A DNA stretch of 64,000 nt from Desulfatiglandales bacterium (GCA_963667015.2 CAXXJJ010000004.1:2208001-2272000); one strand, 5' to 3'. Positions 1 to 10,423 are shown, numbered from the stretch's first letter. A program made the numbers and translations. Notes: a model not told the origin generated them from the sequence alone.

Positions 1-522
1 TGTGTTTGTGTCACTGTTTGCAGCAAAATCGGCATTCTCGGAAACCAGCGATGCCAGGCTTTCCTTAAGTCCTGCCACCTCGGCATATTTCACCGGAATA
101 ATATATGTAACAATATCATCTCCGGGAATTATCTTACTCGGATCTGCCCCGGACAAAACCGGCACATTCATTTTTTTAGCTTCGGCAAGAGGAACGACTT
201 TAAGAGTCCTGCCGGTCATAACTGTGGTATAGCCTTTTTCCCTCAGTATTGTATTAATTAGGGAGACTGCCTCGTCAGTATCAAGGGGCTGTTTACTTAT
301 AACGTTTATCCTGTCACTGAGCGAATACTCGTAAACAACTACAAGACCGGCTGCTTCAGACAGATACCCCAGCACTGACTCCACCGGGGCATCTTTGAAA
401 TTGAGCATGATATTCTTCTTTTTCTCCTGGGCAAATACATTACCCACAGAATGAAACGTTACTATTGCTGCAATAAAAAGAATAAAGAATGAAAAATACA
501 GACTCCTGTTATTCTTCCTCAT
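1..522 (-). CDS. gspD: Type II secretion secretin GspD, N-terminal part (runs off window start)
   Basis: Not in the ORF track. My translation from ATG at 522: signal peptide MRKNNRSLYFSFFILFIAAIVTFHSVGNVFA, then N0-like NIMLNFKDAPVESVLGYLSEAAG and N1-like VTYIIPVKYA. Follows the other gsp genes. Confidence 0.85.
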   Translation of the reverse strand, partial: MRKNNRSLYFSFFILFIAAIVTFHSVGNVFAQEKKKNIMLNFKDAPVESVLGYLSEAAGLVVVYEYSLSDRINVISKQPLDTDEAVSLINTILREKGYTTVMTGRTLKVVPLAEAKKMNVPVLSGADPSKIIPGDDIVTYIIPVKYAEVAGLKESLASLVSENADFAANSDTNT

Positions 523-563
523 GAGAATATTACCCCTGCTGTCTCTGTTATTAATAATTAAGC

Positions 564-1157
564 TCATTCCGCAAGCTCCTTTTTTCGTCTTTCCTTTAAT
601 CGTTCTAATATGGACTTTTTATCATCTGCTGATGTTGAATCAGTGTTCGAACTGGTAGTTGATGAAAAGGTAAAATTATTTTGCGGCTGGGAAAAACCTG
701 TCACGGAAGCGCCGCCTGATATACCGGCAGCCTCAGCCCCTTCCATTGTCATACCCATTTTCACTGTTATGCTTTTTCCCTCGTCCTCATATGTCAGATA
801 ATCAAGATTAATCTCCGCGATTTTCCCGCCTGCAACAGCAGCGCCTTTTTTAACCTGCATTACGTTCATTGTCCTGCTGTCTTCAATAAAGGCCGTAAAA
901 CTGTTGCTCAACTTTGTAATTCCTCTTAATATGAGATAGCTTTCTTCATTCCTGGAGATAACAGCCTGCACCGGAGTTCCAGCAAAATAGGATTCAGTCT
1001 TTTTTGTCCGGTTTTTAGAGAAGATATTACGCTGTGAAATAATCAGGTAGTCTTCTCTCAAAAGTTTTTTATCTTCCGCACCTTCTACAGTGATACCTGT
1101 TGCAGCCATTACAAAAAGGGTCATAAGAAATAATATATTACGTGAATAAATATGCAT
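564..1157 (-). CDS. Putative GspC-like T2SS periplasmic protein
   Basis: N-terminal hydrophobic segment, RNIF motif and HR-like LILRGI..AFIED; lies between gspM-like and gspD. Confidence 0.55.
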   Translation of the reverse strand: MHIYSRNILFLMTLFVMAATGITVEGAEDKKLLREDYLIISQRNIFSKNRTKKTESYFAGTPVQAVISRNEESYLILRGITKLSNSFTAFIEDSRTMNVMQVKKGAAVAGGKIAEINLDYLTYEDEGKSITVKMGMTMEGAEAAGISGGASVTGFSQPQNNFTFSSTTSSNTDSTSADDKKSILERLKERRKKELAE

Positions 1158-1733
1158 CTACGCATCCCCCTTTTGTTCCTGCTCATTTTCATCACCTTTT
1201 TTATCTTCTTCAGGAAGGTAAACCGCAGAAAGTTTCATCTGCAGGGACATATCTCTGCCGTCCTCTTCCCGGGCACCCAGCTGAAACTCGGTAATTTTAA
1301 GAGGCAGCGTGCTGTTTTCTATCTCCCATAAAAACTGCCCTACCGAGTTCATGCCTCCCTTGCATGACAGGTTAAAAACTATTTCCTTCAGTATCCTGCT
1401 TTCATTGCGATTGCGGTCAGGCTTTATGGATGAAATAGTAAGCCCGCAGTCCTGGGACAGCTGGCGTATTACATGGAGCACTTTACTCTCAATGCCTGAC
1501 GGATCTTTTTCCAGGCCTCCGTTTATCATCTCCTGCCATTCGCTTTTTATTCGTTTCTTGTGCTTGAATAATCTTGTTGCATCCTGCATCTCATTTACAA
1601 GTCCCTGCTTTTCCAATCGGATACTTTCCTTTGAGTTCATGAAAGGGGTTACAACAAACCTGTCCATGATAAATATCATGAGAACCAGCATGGTCAGGAT
1701 AACGATAATTTTTTCCCGTTTTGAAAGAACCAT
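1158..1733 (-). CDS. T2SS GspM/PilO-like inner membrane protein
   Basis: LSKREK followed by a TM helix, coiled coil and ferredoxin-like FLWEIEN..LKI region; operon position. Confidence 0.7.
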   Translation of the reverse strand: MVLSKREKIIVILTMLVLMIFIMDRFVVTPFMNSKESIRLEKQGLVNEMQDATRLFKHKKRIKSEWQEMINGGLEKDPSGIESKVLHVIRQLSQDCGLTISSIKPDRNRNESRILKEIVFNLSCKGGMNSVGQFLWEIENSTLPLKITEFQLGAREEDGRDMSLQMKLSAVYLPEEDKKGDENEQEQKGDA

Positions 1734-1735
1734 AT

Positions 1736-3193
1736 CTATATCTCCTTATCCCTGAAGGAGAAACTCATTGAGAATGAAACCTCCTGTGAGCTTTGTCCAT
1801 TTTCACGTATATAAATCATCTGCACATCCTTAAAAAGCCTGCTGCTTTTAAGTGTATCCATAACCTCTATCACACTCTTTTCATCAACTGCCTTTCCTGA
1901 AATTATTCCCTTCATTTCCTCATTGAGCGCAAAATTTGTTGCCCATATTCTTCCTTCTTCAGGAAATGAAAGTGTCAGCTCGTAGAGACAGCGAAGGATT
2001 TCAGGTCTTTCGGAATACCAGCCCCGGGCATAATTCACCTTTTGGACGACACTCCTTGCAGCCTCAACATCATCCTTTATTTCGGAAAGTTTGACCTTCA
2101 GTTCTGCAACATCTCTTTTATCAGTCTTGTAGGAAATCAGCGCCCCTGCAATAAAGACCAGCAGTGCAAAGACAATAACCGATGCCCAGACAACCTGTTC
2201 CTTTTTTATTTTTACGACCTTAAAATTGATGCGGGAGTTAAAGAAATCCTGATAAAATGCATCTTTAAGATAAAATGCCTGGGCTGTGGAGGCGGAAACC
2301 AGATACTCTTTTTCTTTTTTTGAGGAACCAAAACCCAATTTTTTTGTGACAGCAGATGTGTCATAAACCGAAACATCAACGAGTGATGAGAGTTCATTTT
2401 TAATATGACCAAAAAAACCACAGTCATCGGTTTCAGACGTTGAGAAAATCATCATGCCGGGTTTTGTACCGGGTTCGTTCCGGCCAGGGCTGAGAGATAT
2501 GATTCTCTTTATTTTTGACAAACAGGAGGGCAGATCATTTTTATCATCCATCCTGATATGCTTTACATCAATAACCTGTTTACCCTGCCCCACTATCAGA
2601 TCACAGTACCCGGGGGTGACATACAGAAAATATTCAGGATACTCTTCTTTTGCATGTAAACTCAAAATCTGCCTTAACGCCATTGATGAAACAGTGGCTG
2701 AGATAATACTCAACCCTGCGACACGGACTGTTTCAATAACCTTTTCATAATTTTTCCGTGTAACAGCCCCGATATATAAACGGGTCGGCTTTTCAGGTTC
2801 TATAGTGCCGGTATAGTCAATAAGCAGTTCATCTGGCCCCAGCGAAAATTCATGCTCCGCGTGGATTTTAAGAATTCCTGCTATTGCCTCATGCCTTGTC
2901 GGAGGTACATCTTTCGGGCGTATCATAAAAAACTTTGCAGGCAGTCCAACAACCGCTCTTTTTGCAGTAAATTTATTTTCACGCAGAAAATTCCCTAAAA
3001 GGTCACCCAGCCCGGCGGGATTCTCAAGAGATACACCTTCCGGGAAAACAAACTCAGCAGAGTTTTTGACATGGAAAACATCTTTATCAAAATGAATTTC
3101 CGACAGGGTTATGCACTTTTCATCAATTGCAAGGCCCAGTATCTTTCGGGCTTTTAATAAACCGTTATTTTTAAAATTAAAGTTTTTTATCAT
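1736..3193 (-). CDS. T2SS GspL / PilM-PilN-like protein
   Basis: Actin-like N-terminus (ILGLAID, AVVGLPA), one TM helix and a PilN-like C-terminus (ISGKA..EVMDTLKSSRLFKDV). Confidence 0.7.
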   Translation of the reverse strand: MIKNFNFKNNGLLKARKILGLAIDEKCITLSEIHFDKDVFHVKNSAEFVFPEGVSLENPAGLGDLLGNFLRENKFTAKRAVVGLPAKFFMIRPKDVPPTRHEAIAGILKIHAEHEFSLGPDELLIDYTGTIEPEKPTRLYIGAVTRKNYEKVIETVRVAGLSIISATVSSMALRQILSLHAKEEYPEYFLYVTPGYCDLIVGQGKQVIDVKHIRMDDKNDLPSCLSKIKRIISLSPGRNEPGTKPGMMIFSTSETDDCGFFGHIKNELSSLVDVSVYDTSAVTKKLGFGSSKKEKEYLVSASTAQAFYLKDAFYQDFFNSRINFKVVKIKKEQVVWASVIVFALLVFIAGALISYKTDKRDVAELKVKLSEIKDDVEAARSVVQKVNYARGWYSERPEILRCLYELTLSFPEEGRIWATNFALNEEMKGIISGKAVDEKSVIEVMDTLKSSRLFKDVQMIYIRENGQSSQEVSFSMSFSFRDKEI

Positions 3194-4569
3194 AAACTCT
3201 CCAGCGATTCACCTGCTCTAAGCGTCTTTACAATATTCTCATCAAGGGGCCACCCCAGATATTTAAGGGATTTCCAGTACAGCACTTTAAACTCATCACC
3301 TCCGGTATCTGCGATCATCCGGTATCTCTGGTAAGATCGTCCGTCACCGCTTATACTTATTATATCCGCGGAATAACGGCTGGAATGTGTCGTCAGGTAG
3401 GCCCCGATGGATGCGGCTTTTTCGGGTATAATATCAGCAACCCATACAAGTGAATCCTTATCGTTATCACTTGAATTTCTAGCTTCTATGAGAGCATCCA
3501 CTTCAGACTCAACAATGCCGGGAAGACACATAAGAACCTCCTTGGGTGCGGTATTAATGTTTATAAGACCTGAAACATTCTCCTCCGATGTAGTGGTAAG
3601 CTTATCTTCTATCTGCTTAAACTGATCGGGGGTCATGCCGGACTGGATATAAAAATCAAGTACACTTTCAAATGAACTGAAGCGGATAGACGTCATTATC
3701 TCGGCGAGTTTGAATTCATTTGTTATAATATCGTTTAAAAGTTCATGTACCTCATCTGCGCTGTTGTTAATATTAATTCTTTTCTCTCCGTTCTTGTCTA
3801 CGTTTGGTTCTTTACTGTATACGGTTACATACTCAAAAAATCCCCTGTTCAGTTTTCCGTTACAGTTATCAGGTGGAGCACCTTTATCCGCATCGTTTTC
3901 ATTTGAATCCAGGTATCCGTTCAGGTTTGCATCTTCTCCATAAAGGAGTTCCTTTGAAGCACCTTTCAGGAGAAGTACTTCTTCCACAGTTTCAAGGCCG
4001 GAATTCTTGCAGTAGTATGGTTCATCCAGAAGCAGATAGTATTCATCTTCCGCTCCGCCCTGGGTTATGTCGCTGTCCGAATCACGCCAGTCTATAATCG
4101 ATGCGGCAAGCTCGGATGTCATGTTGGGAAGTTTTAAAAGCATTTCATAGGTAGCTGTATTCAGATTGATTTTTGTGGCCTCATCCCGGATTCCATAATA
4201 ATAAGAGCTGTCATCATCATAGTTGGGCCTTAAAAGCCAGAAATAACCGTCTCCTACTTCCATCTTTTCATAGGAAGTTTCACCATCAAGCCTGAGTGTC
4301 AGGTCATCTTCATTCATCCTGGCCTTGATGAACGAAACAGCCCCTAAGGCTATTTCATCCGCCTTTAGTGTCGACATCTGATTAGCCGAGGCAATGGCCT
4401 CAACCCTCATATCCCTTGAAAACACAAGTACAAGACCGGCAAGGACCAGCACGATCCAAATGGTAACCATAAGTACAGATCCGGTTTCATCTTTTGAGAA
4501 ACCGCACAGTCTCTTTAAAGATGCAAAACCGTTAAATATACTTTTATTTCCTTTACCTGTAATTTTCAT
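3190..4569 (-). CDS. gspK: T2SS minor pseudopilin GspK
   Basis: GSVLMVTIWIVLVLAGL prepilin-like N-terminus, KINLNTA, IIDWRDSD, EEVLLLKG, ININTAP; start revised to ATG 4569. Confidence 0.85.
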   Translation of the reverse strand: MKITGKGNKSIFNGFASLKRLCGFSKDETGSVLMVTIWIVLVLAGLVLVFSRDMRVEAIASANQMSTLKADEIALGAVSFIKARMNEDDLTLRLDGETSYEKMEVGDGYFWLLRPNYDDDSSYYYGIRDEATKINLNTATYEMLLKLPNMTSELAASIIDWRDSDSDITQGGAEDEYYLLLDEPYYCKNSGLETVEEVLLLKGASKELLYGEDANLNGYLDSNENDADKGAPPDNCNGKLNRGFFEYVTVYSKEPNVDKNGEKRININNSADEVHELLNDIITNEFKLAEIMTSIRFSSFESVLDFYIQSGMTPDQFKQIEDKLTTTSEENVSGLININTAPKEVLMCLPGIVESEVDALIEARNSSDNDKDSLVWVADIIPEKAASIGAYLTTHSSRYSADIISISGDGRSYQRYRMIADTGGDEFKVLYWKSLKYLGWPLDENIVKTLRAGESLESL

Positions 4570-4603
4570 ATATCCTGTTTTATGCCTGACTGCTGATATA
4601 TAC

Positions 4604-5257
4604 CTATGCACATGGAAGAGAAAAGGAACATGTGAGGCTGTATACATTCCCGTTCTCCTCATTGCTGTTTTTGTCATCCAAGGTCTCAAACCTTATGCAA
4701 ATCTCAACAGCCTTTGGCAGGCTGTCGTCGTTATCACTTGAAACCCATTCATCCTGCCATTCATACCCGTCAAAATACCTGAAGTTTATTGATCTGATTC
4801 CCTTGCATATTATATCTGCCGATGGATCAAGCGTTTTAGGTGACAGCAGGTTTGTAGTGATTCCGCGTACAAGGTTACGCTTATTCGCGGTTTCATCTGC
4901 TTCCATGCTTATCTCTACTTTTACAATATCGCAGGCGATCTCTTCATCATCCGGGTTATAGGCCGCAGAGTAAAATGTCAGAGTATCGGCGGCGTTACCG
5001 GCCCCATCATTTCCGTCCGCACCTTCAAATCTGCCTGCAAGAATTCCTGTGGGGGGCAGGGCCGAAATTATCTCCTGTTTAAGCTGATCCATTACAATCC
5101 TGCCGCCCCGCTTTCCTGCAAGAGCGCTCTGTGACCGTTCCCTTGCCTTGAATCCTATGCTTAATGAGCTGTACAAAGAAGCCGCTATAATACTCATCAA
5201 TGTCATGGCAACAAGAAGTTCAAGCAGGCTGAAACCTTTATTCTCACTTCTTTTCAT
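4604..5257 (-). CDS. gspJ: T2SS minor pseudopilin GspJ
   Basis: GFSLLELLVAM N-methylation motif; C-terminal FRYFDG..WQDEW..LPKAVEI; start revised to 5257. Confidence 0.85.
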   Translation of the reverse strand: MKRSENKGFSLLELLVAMTLMSIIAASLYSSLSIGFKARERSQSALAGKRGGRIVMDQLKQEIISALPPTGILAGRFEGADGNDGAGNAADTLTFYSAAYNPDDEEIACDIVKVEISMEADETANKRNLVRGITTNLLSPKTLDPSADIICKGIRSINFRYFDGYEWQDEWVSSDNDDSLPKAVEICIRFETLDDKNSNEENGNVYSLTCSFSLPCA

Positions 5258-5264
5258 TTCTGTT

Positions 5265-5672
5265 CTACTCCGCATCAAGATAGACAAGTGTTGATAAAAC
5301 AACCGAATGGGTTCTTCCAGTAGCAGCCCATTCCACATAAAGATCTATCTGCCGGATCATATCTTCCGATTCCCAGTCTTTAACTTCATAACGCCATGTA
5401 TACTCCGGGTAGTCATTTCCAAAATTTCCGTTATCATCACCGTCAGTCCAGTCTTTATTTACAAGAAGGTCGGTCATCTTTATTTCAGCCAGTGTTCCTG
5501 CTTCAATCTTTCTCTTTGAATCACTGGCCATTTTTGTTGAAAGGGAAATTCCCTCCATTGCAACCGGAAGAATGATTGCAATAAGGACAAATGTTGCCAG
5601 TATTTCCACCAGGGTAAATCCCCTTTCAGAAAACAAATTCTCCTTAGATTTTTTTTTAATTTTACCGGTCAT
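5265..5672 (-). CDS. gspI: T2SS minor pseudopilin GspI
   Basis: GFTLVEILAT motif; GNFG..PEYTWRYEV; start revised to 5672. Confidence 0.75.
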   Translation of the reverse strand: MTGKIKKKSKENLFSERGFTLVEILATFVLIAIILPVAMEGISLSTKMASDSKRKIEAGTLAEIKMTDLLVNKDWTDGDDNGNFGNDYPEYTWRYEVKDWESEDMIRQIDLYVEWAATGRTHSVVLSTLVYLDAE

Positions 5673-5673
5673 T

Positions 5674-6177
5674 TTAAGAACTCTCTTCAGGAGTTTTAAT
5701 ATGATAAAGCTCAAATGGGGAGGATGATAATATTTCGACAACGTCTCCGCGCATGTCTTTTAATTTTATTGTTCCGGGTTCTGCCTTTCCTTCGGGATGA
5801 AACTCGATATACTGTTCTATTAAACTGCCTTTGCCCTGTTTTTCAAGCTCCACTGTTGTATCATCAGGGAGCATAAAATCTCTTCCGAACTCGTTATTGA
5901 GCTCCTTAAACACCCCTTTTTCGGCAGCAGTCAGCCAGTATGCCGATTCATCAGGGTCAATATTAAACCGGTATACCCTTCCCTCGGATATGGAAAGCGA
6001 TCGCGCAAGCTTTATAAGAGAAAGCATATTTGAAGCTGCATCATCAGTGCGTCTTGATGTAAAAAAGCCCTGTAAAGAAGGAGCTGCAATTGCAAGAAGC
6101 GTACTGATAATCACCATTACCAGGATCAGCTCCAGAAGAGTAAAGCCTCCGGCATTTGTATGAACAGGTTTTGCCAT
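5674..6177 (-). CDS. gspH: T2SS minor pseudopilin GspH/FimT-like
   Basis: GFTLLELILVM motif; ARSLSI; IEFHPEG. Confidence 0.8.
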   Translation of the reverse strand: MAKPVHTNAGGFTLLELILVMVIISTLLAIAAPSLQGFFTSRRTDDAASNMLSLIKLARSLSISEGRVYRFNIDPDESAYWLTAAEKGVFKELNNEFGRDFMLPDDTTVELEKQGKGSLIEQYIEFHPEGKAEPGTIKLKDMRGDVVEILSSSPFELYHIKTPEESS

Positions 6178-6195
6178 TGAATTTTATAAAAATAT

Positions 6196-6645
6196 CTAGC
6201 GCGTTGACCAGTTATCTATATCATCTTCACCGCCCTCTTTTTTATCAGGGCCGGAAGAATAAAGATCATAACCATAAGTGTTATGGCGTCCGGGCTGCGT
6301 ATAAACATACTGGTTTTCCCATGGATCATTGGGAACACCGCGTTTCAGGTAAGGTCCTTTCCAGTTTTTCAGCTCCGCCGAATTTTCGATCAGCAGCTTC
6401 AGACCTTCCGTCGTTGTGGGATAACGCCCATTATCCACCTCAAATGCATCCAGTGCCACTTCCAGATTTGCAATATCAGTATGCGCTGCAGTAATACGTG
6501 CTTCTTTTGATCTGCCGGCAAATTTTGGAAGTACTGTCGCTGCCAGCACAGTCAATATGACCATTACAAGCAAAACCTCTATAAGTGTAAAACCTCTCTG
6601 TGATTGATATTTACTCGTTATACATGGTTTTTTATTATTCATCAT
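6196..6645 (-). CDS. gspG: T2SS major pseudopilin GspG
   Basis: GFTLIEVLLV, ALDAFEVDNGRYPTT, WKGPYL, DPWENQY, YDLYSSGPD..GGEDDI. Confidence 0.95.
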   Translation of the reverse strand: MMNNKKPCITSKYQSQRGFTLIEVLLVMVILTVLAATVLPKFAGRSKEARITAAHTDIANLEVALDAFEVDNGRYPTTTEGLKLLIENSAELKNWKGPYLKRGVPNDPWENQYVYTQPGRHNTYGYDLYSSGPDKKEGGEDDIDNWSTR

Positions 6646-6813
6646 AAACTGTCCCTTATATTATTGTTGATTATTGAGATGACCTTCAGCCAGGGTAACT
6701 ACTGTCCATATTTCCAGCTATGATCCCTTCCTGCCACCGAGTCCACCACCCATATCTCCGCCTTATATAGCCCTGTACAGGTACGGGTTTTTTCATCATA
6801 AAAATAGGGAAAA

Positions 6814-8031
6814 TTATCTTATCAATTCCTGCAGGTTGAATATCGGAAGAAGCATCCCCATAACAACCGTTCCAACTATGCCTGCCATCAGAAATAATAG
6901 AAGCGGTTCAACCTGGGCAACAAGCATATCGAGCCTGTGGTCCAGGTCCTCTTCAAATGTCTCAGAGAGCCTTACCAGTTCTTTATCTAGCCTTCCGCTT
7001 GCTTCTGCCACAGCGATCATTTCCACTACAGAAGGTGGAAAAAGCTGGGGGCAGCCGGCCATACCTGTTGCAAGAGGAGATCCGTTTCTGATTTTTTTGA
7101 CAGTATCAGTAAGGGCGTCCGAAAGAACCTGGTTTCCTATGGCTTCATTGGCAACATTGAGCGCGTTGACGAGAGGAACATCAGCCCCAACCAGAGTTCC
7201 AAGCATTCTTGAAAATCTTACCAGGGCAAACCTGGCCAGTATTATCCCGATCATGGGCAGCTTGAGAAGTATTCCTTCCATAACGCGACGTCCTTCTTTT
7301 TTTGACAGGGCGCGGCGCAGACCAACAATAATGCAGACAACTGCCAGTAAAATAATCATCCAGTATTTTCTAATCAAATCACTCATCCCCATAATCACGA
7401 GCGTCAGGCTGGGAAGCCGCCCTCCGAAATCTTCAAATATGGATGAGAATTTGGGAATAAAAAATGTCATAAGGAAAATCATTATAAAAAAACCAAGGAC
7501 TGCCAGAATCATGGGATAGATTGTGGCAGCCTTTACCTTGCCAATAAGTTTTTTTTCACGAGACTGAAAATTGGCAATCTGCTCAAGTACAATATCAAGA
7601 AACCCGCCTGCCTCACCCGCCCTGACCATTGCTACATGTACGTTTGTGAATGACTTCGGCCATTTTGCAAAGGCATCTGCCAGGGACATTCCGTCAGCAA
7701 CACAATCCTTAATGGCAGACCATTGTGTCTTTGCAGCAGGATTGGAGGCTTCCCTGCTCAGGATTTCAAGAGCCCTGCTTAAAGGAACTCCTCCCGTTAA
7801 AAGATTCGCAAGCTCCCTGATAAACGCCTGCACATCTGCCCTGGAAACACGCCCGGTCCTTGAAAAACCTTTCCTGCTTTTCGAATCGGACTCCTTCTGT
7901 TCGGTTATGGATACCGGGCTTAAACCGTCGGAGACAATCTTATCAATAACAGCATCCCGGCCTCCGACAGTTAATGAACCGGACACCTCAGAACCTTTAT
8001 GATCAAGGGCTTTATAAACAAATGTCGGCAA
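6814..8031 (-). CDS. gspF: T2SS inner membrane platform protein GspF
   Basis: MVRAGEAGG, KVKAATIYP, VAEASGRLD, VEPLL motifs; TTG start. Confidence 0.95.
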   Translation of the reverse strand: MPTFVYKALDHKGSEVSGSLTVGGRDAVIDKIVSDGLSPVSITEQKESDSKSRKGFSRTGRVSRADVQAFIRELANLLTGGVPLSRALEILSREASNPAAKTQWSAIKDCVADGMSLADAFAKWPKSFTNVHVAMVRAGEAGGFLDIVLEQIANFQSREKKLIGKVKAATIYPMILAVLGFFIMIFLMTFFIPKFSSIFEDFGGRLPSLTLVIMGMSDLIRKYWMIILLAVVCIIVGLRRALSKKEGRRVMEGILLKLPMIGIILARFALVRFSRMLGTLVGADVPLVNALNVANEAIGNQVLSDALTDTVKKIRNGSPLATGMAGCPQLFPPSVVEMIAVAEASGRLDKELVRLSETFEEDLDHRLDMLVAQVEPLLLFLMAGIVGTVVMGMLLPIFNLQELIR

Positions 8032-8044
8032 TATCTATCTCCAT

Positions 8045-9751
8045 CTATAAACCGCTCCCGTTAAAACGTACATCCTTTGTCACTCTTAGAATCTCCTCAA
8101 CAGTGGTCTTTCCATTGTGGACATACCTGAAACCGTCTTCCCTCAGGGTTTTCATACCGTTTTGTAATGCCAGTTCCCGGATTCTGCTGTGGGATTGCCC
8201 TTCGATAATAGCCTCCCGGATATCCTCTGTGACAACCATCTGTTCAAAAATTCCCTTTCGCCCCATATAACCCAGTCCCTGGCATTTTTCACATCCCTTT
8301 CCCCTGTGCAGTTCAGGAGGAAGAATATCGCCGAATTCCTTCTGGAGCTGTTCACGGTTCTGAGGTGCAAAAGTTTCATCACATTCCGGGCAGACAAATC
8401 TTACAAGCCTCTGGGCAATTACTGCTTCTAAGGTTGATGCTACAAGGTAGGGCTCTATACCCATATCCACCAGACGTGTCAGAGCACCAGGAGCATCGTT
8501 TGTATGGAGGGTAGAAAATACGAGATGACCTGTCAGAGATGCCTGAACTGCTATTTCCGCTGTTTCACGGTCTCTTATTTCACCAATGAGTATTACATCA
8601 GGATCATGACGCAGGATGGAGCGGAGACCGCTGGCAAACGTGAGGCCGGCCTTTCTTGACACCTGTATCTGGTTAATACCGGTAAGGTTGTACTCTACAG
8701 GATCTTCAATGGTTATTATCTTACGCTCCACATCATTTATCTGAGAAAGCGCGGCATAAAGGGTAGTTGTTTTGCCGCTTCCTGTGGGCCCGGTTACAAG
8801 TATGATCCCATAGGGAAGCTCAAGCAGTTTTGAAAACACACGATAACTGTCCTGCGGCATACCTAGCTGTTCGAGACCCATAAGAACAGAAGAACGGTCA
8901 AGAAGACGCAGAACCACCGCTTCTCCGTGCAGCATGGGAATTATGGACACACGGATATCAACCTCGCGGCCGTCTATTTTGATCTTTATGCGCCCATCCT
9001 GAGGCAAACGTTTTTCTGCAATATCCAGGTGACTTAGAATTTTTATACGTGAAATGATAGCCGCCTGAAACCTCCTTATTTCATGAGGTACCGGTACTTC
9101 CTTTAGCACGCCGTCAATTCGGTACCGGATTCTCAGCAGGTTCTCAAAGGGTTCAATATGTACATCAGTAGTTCTGAGCTGAATAGCTTCTGAAAGGATC
9201 TGGTTGACAAACCTTATAATAGATGCGCCTTCAGCAGCCTCCAGAAGATCCATATCATCTTCGAGGTCCTGATCAATAATCTGTATCCCGTTGTTACCAA
9301 CTTCGGTAACCATTGACTGTACCGTATCAGCCCCTACCCCAAGGTACTTTTTGATACAGCGGGCTATTTCCTCTGAAGGGGCAAGCGCCGGAGCAAAATC
9401 CACACCGGTGGCAAGGCGGAGTTCATCTATTCCAGTGCTGTCCGATATCGTATTTGTAACGGCAAACATTGAGCCATCTTCATTTTCTATGGGAATTATC
9501 TGCCGTTTAAGGAGCAGCTTTGCCGGAAATCCGGCCAGAAACTGTTTTGAGAAGCTTTGTTCTTCCAGATCTACATATGGAGAACCGAATTCTTCGGAAA
9601 GGAAGCGAAGTACCTGCTCTTCAGTAACCGAACTGCAGGTTAAAATGGATTGTTCAAGGTGGACGCTGTCGGTAAGCATCCTGTCGATTGACTCAACCTC
9701 ATGGCTGTTAAGCAGCCCCCTGTCCTGCATTTTCAGAATGATATTATTCAT
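8045..9751 (-). CDS. gspE: T2SS ATPase GspE
   Basis: DVHIEP, AEKRLPQDGR, Walker A GPTGSGKTT, TIEDPVE, LRHDPD, Cys pairs CPEC/CEKC. Confidence 0.95.
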   Translation of the reverse strand: MNNIILKMQDRGLLNSHEVESIDRMLTDSVHLEQSILTCSSVTEEQVLRFLSEEFGSPYVDLEEQSFSKQFLAGFPAKLLLKRQIIPIENEDGSMFAVTNTISDSTGIDELRLATGVDFAPALAPSEEIARCIKKYLGVGADTVQSMVTEVGNNGIQIIDQDLEDDMDLLEAAEGASIIRFVNQILSEAIQLRTTDVHIEPFENLLRIRYRIDGVLKEVPVPHEIRRFQAAIISRIKILSHLDIAEKRLPQDGRIKIKIDGREVDIRVSIIPMLHGEAVVLRLLDRSSVLMGLEQLGMPQDSYRVFSKLLELPYGIILVTGPTGSGKTTTLYAALSQINDVERKIITIEDPVEYNLTGINQIQVSRKAGLTFASGLRSILRHDPDVILIGEIRDRETAEIAVQASLTGHLVFSTLHTNDAPGALTRLVDMGIEPYLVASTLEAVIAQRLVRFVCPECDETFAPQNREQLQKEFGDILPPELHRGKGCEKCQGLGYMGRKGIFEQMVVTEDIREAIIEGQSHSRIRELALQNGMKTLREDGFRYVHNGKTTVEEILRVTKDVRFNGSGL

Positions 9752-9859
9752 CTAACTGTTTCACTGTAAGGAGTTATTTCATCATAAACCGTGAGTTCCC
9801 CTGTATTTTTTAATTTTGTTTACTCAGACCTCAGATTGACTCTTTCCGGGTACTCACGT

Positions 9860-10423
9860 CTAATCAAGCATACCCATTGCTATTAAAGTAGCTTCCTGCT
9901 TTACAGTAAGGAGCTCCCTGAGTTCCTTCTGAGCTGATGTATTTTCCTGCTGCACTTTTTCTTTTGCTTTACGAATTTTTATTACCTTGGCTTTAATATC
10001 GTCAACAGAAGCATCTTTCTTCTCCAGTAATGTCTGGAGTTCCTGCATAGCTGTATCCACCGGGCTTTCCTGCATGCCTGGCATTCCACCTCTTCTTCTG
10101 TTAGAATTAGGCGGCTGCATTCCGGGCCTGCCCATCATCATTCTTCCGGGATTTCCCCGTGATGACATCGAAAGCTCAAAAACCTTCATGACCTTTGGTC
10201 CAATTACGCTCCACTCCTCATCATTTAATTCGAGCGTTTCTTTAAGCCTCTGTTCCATCATTTTCTGCATCTGTGCAGGATCTCCCATCATGCCACGCCC
10301 AGGTGCGTTCCCCTGCCCTATCGCATTCCCCGGCCCCTGACCTGGTGGTGTCTGAGCGGTTGCAGGAAATGCTAAACAAAACACCGAAAACAAAATAACC
10401 GCGAATTTTATTAGTATTTTCAT
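9860..10423 (-). CDS. Secreted G/P/M/Q-rich helical protein (Spy/CpxP-like architecture), first gene of the T2SS operon
   Basis: Signal peptide ending ATA-Q, low-complexity linkers, C-terminal LRELLTVKQEA resembling an LTxxQ motif. Confidence 0.6.
   Translation of the reverse strand: MKILIKFAVILFSVFCLAFPATAQTPPGQGPGNAIGQGNAPGRGMMGDPAQMQKMMEQRLKETLELNDEEWSVIGPKVMKVFELSMSSRGNPGRMMMGRPGMQPPNSNRRRGGMPGMQESPVDTAMQELQTLLEKKDASVDDIKAKVIKIRKAKEKVQQENTSAQKELRELLTVKQEATLIAMGMLD

Noticed and set aside
6686..6799. 37-codon minus-strand ORF (MMKKPVPVQG...) between gspF and gspG
   Set aside because: No recognisable motif or convincing RBS; probably chance
6836..8002. Long plus-strand ORFs antisense to gspF, and similar shadow ORFs throughout the track
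   Set aside because: They lie opposite well-supported genes and have no family motifs
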